Program-made: the position numbers and the translations under genes
Source of the DNA: Camelus ferus
Taxonomy: Eukaryota
Length of the DNA: 64,000 nt
NCBI RefSeq assembly: GCF_009834535.1
Contig: NC_045705.1
Location: 66,154,001 to 66,218,000, forward strand
Direction: 5' to 3'
Shown here: positions 50,601-62,739 of the stretch, in pieces
Layout: each line of letters starts with the position of its first letter
Numbering within the stretch: position 1 is the first letter of the stretch
The notes under the pieces: model-generated
The model's input: the letters and a program-made list of their open reading frames with translations, nothing else
The model's database searches: none
Told to the model about the DNA's origin: nothing

Positions 50601-51429
50601 GGCCTGCGGGCCAGAGCATGCTTTTCTGCTTGTCTTTGTACTAGACTTTGAGTCTAGTACAATTCTTTAAAGCCGCTTATCACTAGAAATCTAATAATGC
50701 CTTTGCATGTCTCTAGTATCTTCTGCCCTTTCCAGAACACTACTGGTAAAACGTGGAGTGTTAGAAAAACAGCCCCTTTTCAAGCTCAAGGAGGGTTGTA
50801 CAACCTGCCAACCAACCCTTGCAACCTCCATTGCCCAACCAGGCCAACGACTGTCTCTGTGAAAGATAAAATAAGGAGGAGCTGATAGCAATGCCTTGGT
50901 TTCTTCACTTAACATTTTTCTGGGTCAAGGTCTTGGGGGTCAGCCTAGCCTGGGGCATGGGGACTTCTTTATTCAAATGGCAGTGTGACAGCACTCAGAA
51001 TCACAGACTCTGAAGCTATCTGTCTGGTTCAAACCCTAGCTATGTGACTCTGAGCATCACTTCTTGAAGTTTCCGTTCTCTCCCCATAAAAAGGTACCTA
51101 TTTCAGAAGTTAATACATGTAAAGCCCTTCTACAGTGACTGGCACATAGTACACCATGTTAGCTATTATTTTTATTTCTTGTCCAGATATGTCAATGCAG
51201 CTCTGAAGAAAGTAACAGAAAAAGTCCTGATTCTCTGCTGGTCTTAAGGGAAGTGTCATTTGAAAGTGCTAGGTGTCTTGCTGTGCTAAAGGACACTGGA
51301 AGCAGGGAATGGTCCTCATCTGAGTCAATGTTGTCTTCTTGTGGGGAAGGATGGCCAGGGAAGTCAGTGATTCAAAAGGGAGGTAAAATCCTTACTTAAG
51401 CACCTCCTTACCTGAAATAATCCTCCTTC

Positions 51430-52077
51430 TGAGACAGGAGGGAAAGGAGCAGGGCACAGCCATTCAAGGAAAGACAGCAATTAACATCAAAATGGTGGAA
51501 GATTCAACTCCCAGTAGGCTTTGAGGCTCAAGATGGCAGGAGATTTGACTTCTAGTAGAACTTGAGCTTCATTATATGCTCATTGCAATATTAACATGGT
51601 AAATGGTATTTCCATAGGTGCCATGACAGCTCCAAGGCTAACCATAAAAGGTCAGAGTGGGCAGTGGCCAACCTCCTGGGAATTCCAGCCCCTTCCCCAG
51701 GGTAGCTAAAATTGTCCTCCCACTTGTTAGCATATGAAGCTACCCAACCCATAAAAATTGGCAAAACCACATTTCGTGGCCACCACTTTTGCTCCCTCAT
51801 CTTTGGAGACTGCCTGCACTCTGTCTATGGAGTGTGTATCTACTTGTACTTTAACCTGAGCACCCAACCCCTACACCTCCTGGCCTTTCAAAACAGCCTA
51901 CACTCTATGCTGTATCTATTTATCTAAATAAATTGATCTTTACTCAATTGTGGCTCGTTCTTGAATTCTTTTCTGCGCGAAGCCAAGGACCCACACCTGG
52001 TGGGGCACATCCCAGGGGCTCAACGGAGACCTGGGACACGGCCCTCCTCACGCCCCACATTCGTTTTTCCTGTATCA
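51430..52077 (+). mobile_element. ERV1-type solo LTR, 648 bp
   Basis: TG...CA termini, perfect 4-bp TSD CTTC (51426-51429 and 52078-52081), AATAAA at about 51928, and CTTGAATTCTTTTCTGCGCGAAGCCAAGGACCC typical of MER41/LTR39-like U5. Confidence 0.85.
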
Positions 52078-52453
52078 CTTCCAGCCTCTCCTCTGCCCAG
52101 AGAGGTGTTGTCAGGGACTTCCCATGAGGATAAAGGTCCTATCTGCCTTGTTCACCTGTGTCCCCAAATTACAGAGATGATGCTTAATGGTGCTGAAATG
52201 AATGAAAAGGAATGAATTAGATTTTCTTAAAGGAAAATGAGTGGAACTGAGGTGGCCAGTCTGGTGCACATGGTCAATCAAGGGGTTGATGAGAGTTGTG
52301 AGCCTCTGCACAGGGCAGTGAAGGAGTCTGATTGAGCCTAGGCCCCCATCCTCATGGTGACAACCACATCTATTCTTGGACACCTGTGTTATCCTCAAAC
52401 GTGGGGAATCTGGCTTTTAATGATTAACATACAACCTGTACATTTTAAAGTAT

Positions 52454-52459
52454 TTTATT
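52454..52459 (-). terminator. GAL3ST3 polyadenylation signal AATAAA
   Basis: TTTATT on the + strand about 550 nt beyond the stop codon. Confidence 0.7.
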
Positions 52460-53006
52460 AAAAAAAAGAAAAACCAACCAAACAAAAAACCCAATCCAAG
52501 AACTCTTGGTTCTGGGAGTCTGGGAGCAGCTTAGGTCTGTAGGGAGGGTGGAACCTGGAAGACAGATGGTGTGGGGATCTCTGACCCCTGGGAGTTAAGA
52601 GCAAGAGCCAGGGAGGCTGAAAGGCAGAGCAGCTCTTCCCAGGGCTCAGCTCCTCTCTGTGGCCTGGGCTCATCCACTTGGAAAAGACAGGTGGGGGCCT
52701 CGATCCCTAGAAAAAGGCAGGGTGGGCAGTTCTGGGTGGGCCTCAGACCTCTTATCAAAGCCACCAACTAGTCAGGAAGGTGGAGCGGATGGCCCGGGGC
52801 TCGATCGGGCCTAAGAGCATCCTCCCAGAAGGCGAGGGTCAGCCTACCCTAGGGACGTGGGCTTGGACAGAGAGATGTGCCCCTAAGTACGGCTCAGCGT
52901 GGGGCTGCAGTCCCTCGGAAGAAAGGGCCCTGATGAGGTGGGACCTGGAGGCAGTCCTAGGCAAGATCCTGGTGGGTGGGGCAGGGTCCAGACTCCCATC
53001 CGGAGC

Positions 53007-56000
53007 TCAGTGGCCCAGGTGGCCGCGGGGCAGCGCCCGGATGGGCCGAGGCGGGGGATTGTCCAGGACTGGCTCCGGCCGGACGCGCACGCCGCCCCGG
53101 CGCTTCTGCTTGCGCAGCAGGTAGCTCGAGTACTGCACCTCGGGCATGGCCAGCTTGAGGCAGGCCTCAGTGGCCGGGCCGGCGCGGCCGCTGGGCAGGT
53201 CGTAGCCCATGATGTCCACCTTCCGGCTGGGCTGCCACGGCTGCAGCTGCTTGGTGCGGATCTGCGCCGCGGGCCGCAGCACCGGCTCGTCGCCGAAGCA
53301 GCGCCGCAGCAGGCGCTCACGGGCCTCGCGCAGCTCGCGCGCCTCGCGCTCCACGCAGGCGCGGCCGGCGCGCGCCACGCGGCGCCAGAAGGTGGCGTTG
53401 AAGTGGTCATAGAGGCCGGCGTCGAGCGCGTTCCAGGCGCGCGCTGCCCGCGCGAGCGCCGCGGGGATGGCGGCGAGGCGCGAGCTGGCGGCGCGCGAGT
53501 TGAGCCTGGCGTAGAGCACATCGTCCAGGTCCCAGGCCAGCAGGCGCCGCAGCAGCACGAGCGACTCGTCGAAGTACTCGGCGATCATGACGAGAGAGAA
53601 GACTTCCTCCACCTGGCGGATGAGGCCCGCCAGGTAGGCGGCGTCATCGCGCGGGCTGCGCTCGTTGTCGCCGCCCAGGTCGTAGGCCAGCGTGTTGTGC
53701 GCGAACATGGCGAAGTGCTCGCCTGCACGGTAGTAGGCCTCGGGCGCGCGCAGGAAGGCCTCGAGCGACGCGTTGGGCACGCGCCGGAAGGCGGGGCAGT
53801 ACTGGTTGTAGTAGCTGAAGAGCGACTCGAACATGGCGGCCGGCTCGCGCAGGATGGTGACGTAGACGGTGCCGGGCGGCATGAGGCGCTGGNNNNNNNN
53901 NNNNNNNNNNNNNNNNNNNNNNNNNNNNNNNNNNNNNNNNNNNNNNNNNNNNNNNNNNNNNNNNNNNNNNNNNNNNNNNNNNNNNNNNNNNNNNNNNNNN
54001 NNNNNNNNNNNNNNNNNNNNNNNNNNNNNNNNNNNNNNNNNNNNNNNNNNNNNNNNGATGTTCTGCACTGTCGTGCCCGCAGTCTTGTGCGTCTTCAAGA
54101 AGGCCACTGTCATGTGTTTGGGACGCGGCGGAGAGTCCTGCAGAGGCGGGCAGCTCAGAGGGAACAGCTTGGGGTACCTGCAGGGTCCAGGGGGTGTGCA
54201 GGGAGGAGGGTGTGAGAAGGTTGCAGCCTGACCCTCCCTCTTCCCAAGGATGGTGGGGATGGGCTACGTACGGCCCATCCTGGGCTTTACCCACAGAATA
54301 GTAGAGGGGAATGGTGGGCAGCGTCTAAGATGACCCCCAGTGATCCCTGCTGGCCCCCTGGAATTCAGGCTCTTGTGTATCTTCCTCCTCTTCAATATGA
54401 ATGGGACTTACTGATGCCTCTAAGGAATAGAACAGGGCAGCAATGGTGGGATGTCACTTGTGAGATTACATTATAAAAAGGCTATGGCTTCTATCTTGAT
54501 ATTTTTCTCTCTCTCTCTCTCTAGGATAACTCATGCAGGGGGTGAGGAGGTCCCAGGTGGCAAGTCCCCAAGGAAACGGGCCCTCAGTCCGTCAGCCTGC
54601 TGGAAGAGCTGAAGGCTCCCAACAACCACATGAATGAGCTTGTAAGGGGAGCCCTTCCAATCAAAACTTCAGATGAGACTGCATTCCCAGCAGCCAGCTT
54701 GATTGCAGCTCCATGAGAGACCTTGAGCCAGAGGTACCCAGCTAAACCACACCTGGATTCCTGACCTACCAAAATGAGATAATGAATGTTTGATGTTTTG
54801 AGCTGCCGAGGTTTTGAGATGATTTAATTATACATAAAAGGTAATACAAGGACAAAGGCCCTTGGAGATCCTTGAAGAATTCCACTTTACAGATGTACAA
54901 AGGAGCAGAAGGAGAAAATGACTTCCATCAGTCTGGCAACTCAGATAAAGTCGCCAAAAGTCTTGCTCTCTGTCTTCTTTTTCATTTTTGCTCTTTCCAC
55001 CAACTCCTCACCTTGTAGATGAGTGGCAGGGGCTTTGAAGCAACCTGTTTGATACATGATTCCATTAGGGCCTTAGGAGCCTCATTCATTCATTCAGCCA
55101 GTATTTTTTTTTTTTTTTTTAGCATCTACTATGTGCCAGGCTCCACTCTAGGTTCAAGAAATATGATAGTATAAAAAAAAACAGATAATAATCCTAGCCT
55201 TCATGAAGATTTCAATTCTGTTTCATCATTTCTGAAACAAGGGTGTTTGGGATTACCTGTAAGTTCCCTTCAGACTTTACTCTCCTGTTTCTTTTCTGCC
55301 ATCCTAAGCATCATGTAATGAGGGCCACTCTAAGCAGTTTTGAGAACACCACTGAGATTTCCTGTGTGTGGCTGGTTTGAGTTCTACTTTCTACATGGAT
55401 GCTCTGAAGACCAGCAGATCATCTGGCAGGAGGGACTGGGTCCATTCACGCCATTCTTATGGGCAGAGCATGTAGCAGATGGGGAAGGTGAAGCCCTGAG
55501 GGATGCAAGGATTTGTTGGGTTCACACAGTGAGCCAGCAGCAGGGTCAGGGTTCCTATTAGTCATCACGCTGTATCCTGTATCAGGGTGTCTGGCTGGGT
55601 CACATATACCATCGTTCCTATTTTATAGCTGAGGAAACAGGCTCAGAGAAGTGAGGAGACTGGCCCAGCACAACAGCAGTGAGAACTTGTTTGTAGTCCT
55701 TTGAGGAGTGTGTAACTGAACCACACTGATTCCATTCCGTTAGCTCCATCTTAGGCCCACAGCCCTACCTACTTCCCCTTCCTGCGTGACTGAGCTTTAG
55801 CTTTACTCATAAGGAATGTGCTCAAGCCAGATAAATTCCCTATCAGTTTTTACCCTTGCCTTCATCCAGTGTGAAAACTGGGAGAGTGCCTTTTGTTGAT
55901 GTAGATGGTTAATGGCCATGAGATGCCCGAGGGAGGAAAAACCCTTGGTTCCCATCTGTGCAGATGTGCTTCTCCAGAGTAGTCAGATTCTATTTTTAGC

Positions 56001-56758
56001 TGTGGCCCTTTTAAATCCTGCGTACTCCTTTTGTGGCCCAGAGCACAGCTTCAAACACCTCTGTTTTTATAAGTGTGTGTGTGTGTGTGTATACACAGAT
56101 ATATACATATGGGGGAGGAGGAGGTAATTAGGTTTATTTATTTATTTTTAGAGGAGGTACTGGGGATTGAACCCAGGACCTCACGCATGCTAAGCATGCT
56201 TTCTACCACTTGAGCTTTACCCCACCCCCAGCTTTGAATGCCTCTGGATCAACCATTCACTGGATTCTTCCTGCCTGTGTGTAAATTACCCACTTTATTT
56301 GTCGATTTTAAAATTCCTTCTCAGTTTGAAGGATATTATTCAACATCTCTGCCTCCCAATAGGGAGGCACTGAGAAGGTGATGCCAGGGGAAGGACTTGG
56401 GCTGGATTAGCCCAATTCCAAATGAATTTCCTGCCCAGGGCGGTTGTGTAGATCTAAAGAGAATGTATGGAAAGTGCTTTCAGAATAGAGGGAAGGAAGA
56501 AAGCCAGAAGATGGACTCTTCTGGCAGGTGGACGGAATAGGAAACAGGCTTCCCATCCACTAACCAGGCAGCTGACTTCCAGAGGGACCCAACTCCCTGG
56601 CCCCGTCCCCTCACCGAGGCCCCGCCCCCTTACCAGCTGAGCTGCGCCCCCTGGTGGATGAGGAGGCTTAAGGTGCTGCATCCCAACACCAGCAGCAGGA
56701 TTTTCCTGCGGCTCAACATCTTGGTGGCCTGCTGCAGGCGCTGGAGGATGGGTGGCAT
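53007..56758 (-). CDS. GAL3ST3: Galactose-3-O-sulfotransferase 3, 431 aa, 2 coding exons; 164-nt N gap in the large exon
   Basis: Exons 56758-56634 (MPPILQRLQQATKMLSRRKILLLVLGCSTLSLLIHQGAQLSW) and 54177-53007 (FLKTHKTAGTTVQNI PAPS-binding motif, ILREPAAMFESLFSYY). The total of 1296 nt is in frame across the gap. Confidence 0.96.
53893..54056. other. Assembly gap (164 N); other gaps at 6308-6440, 9033-9175 and 43731-43861
   Basis: Runs of N. Confidence 1.
54320..54850 (+). mobile_element. MaLR LTR (MLT1E/F-like) in GAL3ST3 intron
   Basis: CTTCAGATGAGACTGCA...CCCAGCTAAACCACACCTGGATTCCTGAC...TAATACA. Confidence 0.7.
56068..56228 (-). mobile_element. Vic-1-type SINE with a (CA)n-containing tail
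   Basis: Reverse-strand tRNA-Ala head and CCTAATTACCTCC. Confidence 0.88.
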
Positions 56759-59700
56759 GATGGGGTACCCACCCCCGGACCAGCCAGGGCCTTGCTATCC
56801 AGGACTCCCTTCGCCGGCACTCATGGGGGCTCCTGGGGCTCTGGTAGCAGGGCCAGTGTTCCTGTGAGGCCTGGCAGGAGAAGGAGGCAAACAGGTTTAC
56901 AGCGGGCAGGAGAGATGGGCTCTGAGCCCCAGCAGGACTGCTGCAAAGGAGAGCTCCAAAGGGTAGGGTGAGCAGAGAGGCCAGGGAAGATCAGATTCCT
57001 ACCTCCTGTTACTAAGACCCTATCTCCACGCTGTTCCAGATAACTTAGTCTTGGGTGGAATTACAGGCTCTGGGGTCTGGCCAGCCCTTCAGCCTGTAGT
57101 CACTCCCTCCCTTGAGCCCTCTCTCTGCTTCTCTGCCTGCCCATAATTCGTCTTTGTCTTGTGCCATTTGTATCTGTCTCCCCAGTCGACGTGCCTTAGC
57201 ACCAGGGCTCGGCTCAGAGCACAGAAGTCTCAGTTCAGGGTTTCCTCTCCTCCAGGACTCCTTGCCTGATTGCTTCAGCCACGGGTTGGTCTTGACTCCC
57301 TGATACTGGGCGTCAGAAATACTGACCGGGCCTTCACCTTCTGGAGTCTCTGACATGAGGATGAGATCAATACTTCATGCTTACTGTCCATATTACACTA
57401 CTACCTACTTCAGCCCATCTAATCCTCACTGCAACCCTAACACCGATATTCCCATTATATAGGCAAGGAGACTGAGGCTCTAAGAGATGATATCACTTGT
57501 CCATGGTCACACAGCTGGTAGTAGCAGAAACTGGGATCAGACCAGCTCTTTCTGGCTCCAAAGTCCATGGCCTCAGACATGTGTGCTGCTTCTGCAGAGA
57601 ACTGATTTCCCCATCTCTGCCCTGCACTCTGGCGATTCTGCATGCTTCTGAGCCCTCAGGGCCCAAGACCAATAAATCCATGAGGGAAAGAAAGGAAGGA
57701 CTTGAAATCCTGGAACCCTATCTGGATTGCATCCCTAGACACCTGAAACCCTGGCCATCCCATTAGCTGACTGTGCAGTGAGAGGTGTCTGGCTAGGCAG
57801 GGAGTGGCAGCCTGGGAGGGGGTGGGGAATACAGAGGGGCTCCTGCTTGTTTCCCTGCTGAGAATTGAGAATTTCCAGGAGCAGGTGGGCTCCATCCCTG
57901 GTGAGCAGCAGGAGTGAGAGGCAGAAGAAGGGCCTGGTTTCTGGCCAGTCACCTGTCCCCACATGAATGTATTAGCTCAAGGGCAGCCCAGCCCTTGGCA
58001 GCTCCAGTGGAAAGTCAGCTTCAGTAGCAATGCCTGTCCCCCAGTTAGGGTGGGGTCTCTGTCTCAGGGGCCTCAGTCTTCAGGTTCGGGTTCAGCTCCA
58101 TTCTCACATACACTCCTCTCCAAAGGGGAGGGAGAGCCTGAATCCTTATGGGCATGTGCATGTGTGTGGAACTAGGACACCTCTGTCCCAGGAGGGGTGA
58201 GGTAATGTGAAAACTCTTTTGACCATGACCTTCCCCTGGGCCCCTGGGCCCCTGGGCTTGGCTTCCAATCCTTCTCCTTTTGCCCCCCTCCCCCCAATTA
58301 ATCCTGGATTATATTTAAACCTGTTTGGGTGGAAGGATGTCCTGGTTATGCCTTTCCCTTCTCTCCAGGCCCCATCACCTGGTTTCCTTCACCAGCCTGC
58401 AGACAGACTTAATCCTCCTGGAGCCAAGGGGCGTGAAGGGTCGGGCCACAGAGGGCAACCAAGGGCATAGCAGAGAAGGCCCAAGGCCTCCCTGTCTTAA
58501 AGGATTGCTGGGGCAGAGGAGGGTTGGGAGGGCCTCTGTGGGGCAGTGGTGGGAGGAAGTCAAGAGTCCGTGGCCCTCTGAGGATGCACACCTTCTCTTT
58601 GTCACTTATCCTGCCCAGAGGACTTGGTGACTAGGTGGGAGTTTCCCAAGGGGGCAAAGTTGGGGACTAGCCTATTCCCATCTTTGCTGAACTCGCTGAG
58701 ACCACCTTATTTTTCAGAGGACTTTGGCTCCGTCAAGGAGGTTAAGCCTGGAGAGAGCTACAGTGGGACTTTCCCTGGGAGATACTTCAACCAGGCCAAA
58801 CAGAGAAGCGTGATGGTCTGCTTGGTGGCACCCCACTCCAACTACCTGCCGTGGCTTAGCATTGGGGAGCCAGCCAGCCAGCCCCACATCTGAGGCCCAC
58901 TGGCAACAGGGTATTGTCAGTGCAAGAATTCCCTGGACACCAGCCATCCAAGGTGGGCACCAGTTTCTGCTTGGATACCATCACTGACTGGATGCTTACC
59001 ACCTTGAGATACAGCCTGATCCATTGCTGAGCAGTCTGGGCTGTTCAAACATTTTTTTCTGGGACAGTAAGGACCAGCCTGATGCTGGCAGTGCCCTCCT
59101 CAGCCCTTCCACCTTCCACTCTGCATGGCTGCTAGTGCTGCCCCGCTGGACCGCACAGACCATTTTTCTCCATGACAGACCTTCAGGTATTTGAAAGCAG
59201 TAACCCTATCTCCTCTGGGTGGGCGCGCGGCCAGGCTAAACATTCCAGGTCCCGAGAGAGGGTGCTGCTTGGACACTGGAGCAGGCTTCCCCTCCCTTGG
59301 CAAGTTCACTCCACGGTGCCTATTCTGGAGATGGAATCAGGGCCCTGGCACCTGGGAAGGGGGTCGCCTGGGGCTGGGTTTCCCTCCATAATCTCCAGGT
59401 TGGTGTCACGTGGGTGGGAGTCTGCTGGGGCTAGGCTTTAGAGTAGCGACCCTGGCTCCTGCCCCTCACATTTCAAACTACTCCCTGGCCTCCCCCGTGT
59501 CTTCTCCATGGAGAGTTTCCCTCAGCCATCCCAGACAATTCAAGGTGCCCAGTCTCATCAGAAAATCAGTGCTAATTTTAGTCAGAACAGTCTACCTCAG
59601 GCTGCTGCCAGGTTTTGCAAATTGCTTTCCTTTCTCCAGGGAACGAAGAAGAAATGGTTTAGCTAGCCAAAGCTTTGAAAACTGGCCTCGGTGCCCACCT

Positions 59701-60299
59701 CCTCCCATATGAGCCCTTTTCTTCTTCCCCGTAAGTGCTAGGCTGATACTGGTGCATTTAGAGGAGCAGGGTGCCCTGGCCTGGACCACCCGGATCTGAC
59801 CGTTGGGTGACCTGGAGACTCTGTCCTTACTTGAGGATGGCACAGGCCAGTGAGTAGGGAAACTGCCCAGTGCACTAATGAGGAAGGGGCCAAGGGCTAA
59901 GCAGATTGCAAATTAGTGGTTCAGGAGATCAAATATCTTTCCACCTCCCTCTTTCCTTCCTTTCTTCCCCCCAGCCTCTGCTAGGTTCCCCCTCTGCCCC
60001 GTCCTCTCTCCCTTTCATCCACACCCACGTCATCCCTGCCTCTGAATTCCCTTCATCCTCCTCTCTCCATCGCTACTCCCCACTCTCCCAGCCCCCATTC
60101 CCTCAATTTCATCCCAACCTCCCCCAGGGATCCAGTCACTGGGATCTGGTTACCATAGAGGATAGGCCAGATGCACTCTCTCACCTAGTCCTCTCCCGCT
60201 CCCTGGGGGCAGGGAGCCCCCCTCCTCATGCTCTTCAGGCACTGAGCCCCCAAGACACTCTCCCGCCCAGCCGTCACCCCCTATCCTTGTCCCGTCCAC

Positions 60300-60720
60300 C
60301 CCCGCCCCTCCAGCCCCTCCAGCCCCTCCAGGCTGGCACCGCAGTACTCACGCCAAGCGGGCTCTGCTTCCCACCCTGGTTGAGGGTGGTCACCGCTATT
60401 TCCCAACCCTTGCCCCGAAATCCGCCACGGGTTGGAGAGCGCTGGGGACCCTGTGAACCGAGTGCTGGTCGCTCGCCTCCGTGCCTGGATGGGATCAGGT
60501 GGCAGCGTCGGCGCGGCTCCGCTGCTCTTGGCTCTGGTCGCCGCCCGCCCCCCATCGCACACCGGAGGCGGAGGCGGGGCGGGGGGCGGGGGCCAGCAAG
60601 CAGGGGAGGGGGAAGGGAAGAGGAGTGGGAAGGGGAGGGGGCAGCCCTGACTTGAAGGCTGCCCGTGAACACACTCTAAGTGGCGTCTTCGGATGCGGGC
60701 ATCTTCTCTGGGCAGCCTTG
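60300..60720 (-). promoter_or_regulatory. GAL3ST3 CpG-island promoter and non-coding exon 1
   Basis: CpG-rich with GC boxes. Minus-strand donor GTGAGT at 60351-60346; matching acceptor at 56871 upstream of the ATG. Confidence 0.7.
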
Positions 60721-62739
60721 CAGCGTCTGGACACCAAGGTGGCCAGCTCCTTGCCCTTAATCTACACACAAGGGGAAACTGAGGCCTGGAAAGTATCTGG
60801 ATTCTTCTGCACTGCTGGGCATCCTGGGCCCCACTGGTCACCCTTGGGCGGGTGGGTCCTGGGGGAGTTAGAGACACAGGTCCATGTGCAAGTACCCACA
60901 TGCTTCCCCCCACCCCCTTCTCTTTCCACCTCTCCACGCAAACACCTCTCTTAGGCAGGGATCTGGTCCCATCTACCCTCACACCCCTGGGGACCCCTTC
61001 CCTTCTACCCCTGAGGCAGCCCCCTGCTGCTGACCCATTCCTGCTCTTCACCAGGACTCCAGATACACTCACTCTTGACCAGAGCTTTAGTGGCCCTGGG
61101 ACCCCCTGCCCAGGTACCTTGTACTGGGAATCAGAGAGTCCAAGTTCAACCCTGGTTGAACTCAAGTTCCAGAGTGAAGAGGCAACCCCCTGGGCCTGGT
61201 TGCTTCCAGTTCTACAATGGGGAGCTGTTCTGAGACTGCACAGATGATCTATGTGAAGGTGCTGTGTGAACTGTGTGTGAGGGTAGTCCTGAATTTTAGT
61301 CCTTAGCTCCAACCACCTGGGAGCCAAGCAGCACCTCCCAAGATCATACCAGATACCAAATGCCCCACATTTAGTTACGTGGTTCTCATGAACTGCTTTC
61401 TTCTGCCCTCCTGGTCTGGTATGGCAAGGACCATGGAGCTGGGGCAGCCATCCAAAGCTAGGGCTGGAAGGGACAGGATTCTATTCTGGACCCACACAGA
61501 TAGGTATTATATGAGAGGTCTTGTTAAGGGGGAGAAGGGAATGGGGACTCTCAGAGTCAAGAGAACTGCTTGTGGCTCCAGTTTGACTCCTTGGGCACAT
61601 CAGTTTCTCTCTGCCCCTCAATTTTCCCCTCTGCACAAGTAGGGAGGGGGTCCTATCCTGTGTGCCTCCCAGGGCTGTCCCTTTCTGGCTCTGGCTACAT
61701 TGCGTCCTCATCCACCAGCCCTTAGTTCATCCTGCTTCAGAGACCCCCAGCCTCTTCCCCAGCACATACATGCCTTGGGGCCTATGGCCTCAGATGACCT
61801 GACAGTAGCTCTCCAGTTACGGGGAGCAGAAAGACTTCCTTTGGGTTAGGAATGCTTCTGCTTGGGTGTGTTGACAAGCTGGAGGGGAAGGTACTGCTGT
61901 TCTTTAATCCATCCTTTCTGGATTTGGCTTCTTCTCTGCGAGTGTAAGGAGACCAGCACAGTGGTAGTGATGTAAAGGAGAAGGGTCAAGGTTTGGGTGG
62001 GAGCAAAGAGAATTGCCTAGCTAGGGTTAGGACATGAACAACCTTCCTGGCCCAGTCCTTTTCTTTGTCTCTTCTAAACCGTACTTTCTGGGGACCTGAC
62101 ATCCTTTTCTTTTTTCCCTGCTCCCAGCTACTCCTCTGTTGGAGGTGGTCAGTGAACTAGAGCTAGAGAGAGGTCTGAAAGGTGTGGGTGTGTGGGGAAA
62201 ATGATACCATTTCCTTTGAGTTTCCTGGCTTTCCCACTCAACACACACACACTTACACAGGATGGGAGCCTGGCTGTCAGCAAGAGGGCACAGCTAGGAT
62301 GGCAGAGGGACCTCAGAGCTAGTGGCAGAGGAGGGAAGAGAAAATGAATTGATGGATCAGGATAGGGAGAAGTAGAAGGTGGGCAAGCAAGGGACACTTG
62401 CCCATCCCTCCCTCAGGGGCCCAGGCTGCTAGTGGAGGTAGGGGAGCACCAGGCAGGGTCAGCCGCGCCAGTAGGCTGGTGGGGACGAGGGGAGGAAAGG
62501 TCCTGAGTTTATTTTCAAGCTAAAAAAGACGCAAATCCTGTCTCCAGAAAGACTGTTCCATCTGCCTTCTTTTTTTTTTTTTTTCCTCCCAGTAATCATT
62601 TATTGAGCGCTTTAACGCCAGGTCCTACAAGACAGTGAAAACACCAGGTCCCTCCTTATGTCGTCGGGATGGAAGTGGAACAAAGGGGCAAGAAAAGACT
62701 TCAAAACAAATGGTGGAGGTTTGAACGTGTTATGGGAGC

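Noticed and set aside
51660-51690. Possible STAT GAS motif in the ERV1 LTR
   Set aside because: CTCCTGGGAA does not fit TTCNNNGAA.
52899-54215. 438-aa plus-strand ORF
   Set aside because: It is the antisense shadow of the GC-rich GAL3ST3 exon and spans an N gap.
60281-61327. 348-aa minus-strand ORF over the GAL3ST3 promoter
   Set aside because: It starts at TTG within MIR-like sequence, crosses a CpG island, has low-complexity Pro/Gly/Arg composition and shows no recognisable domain.
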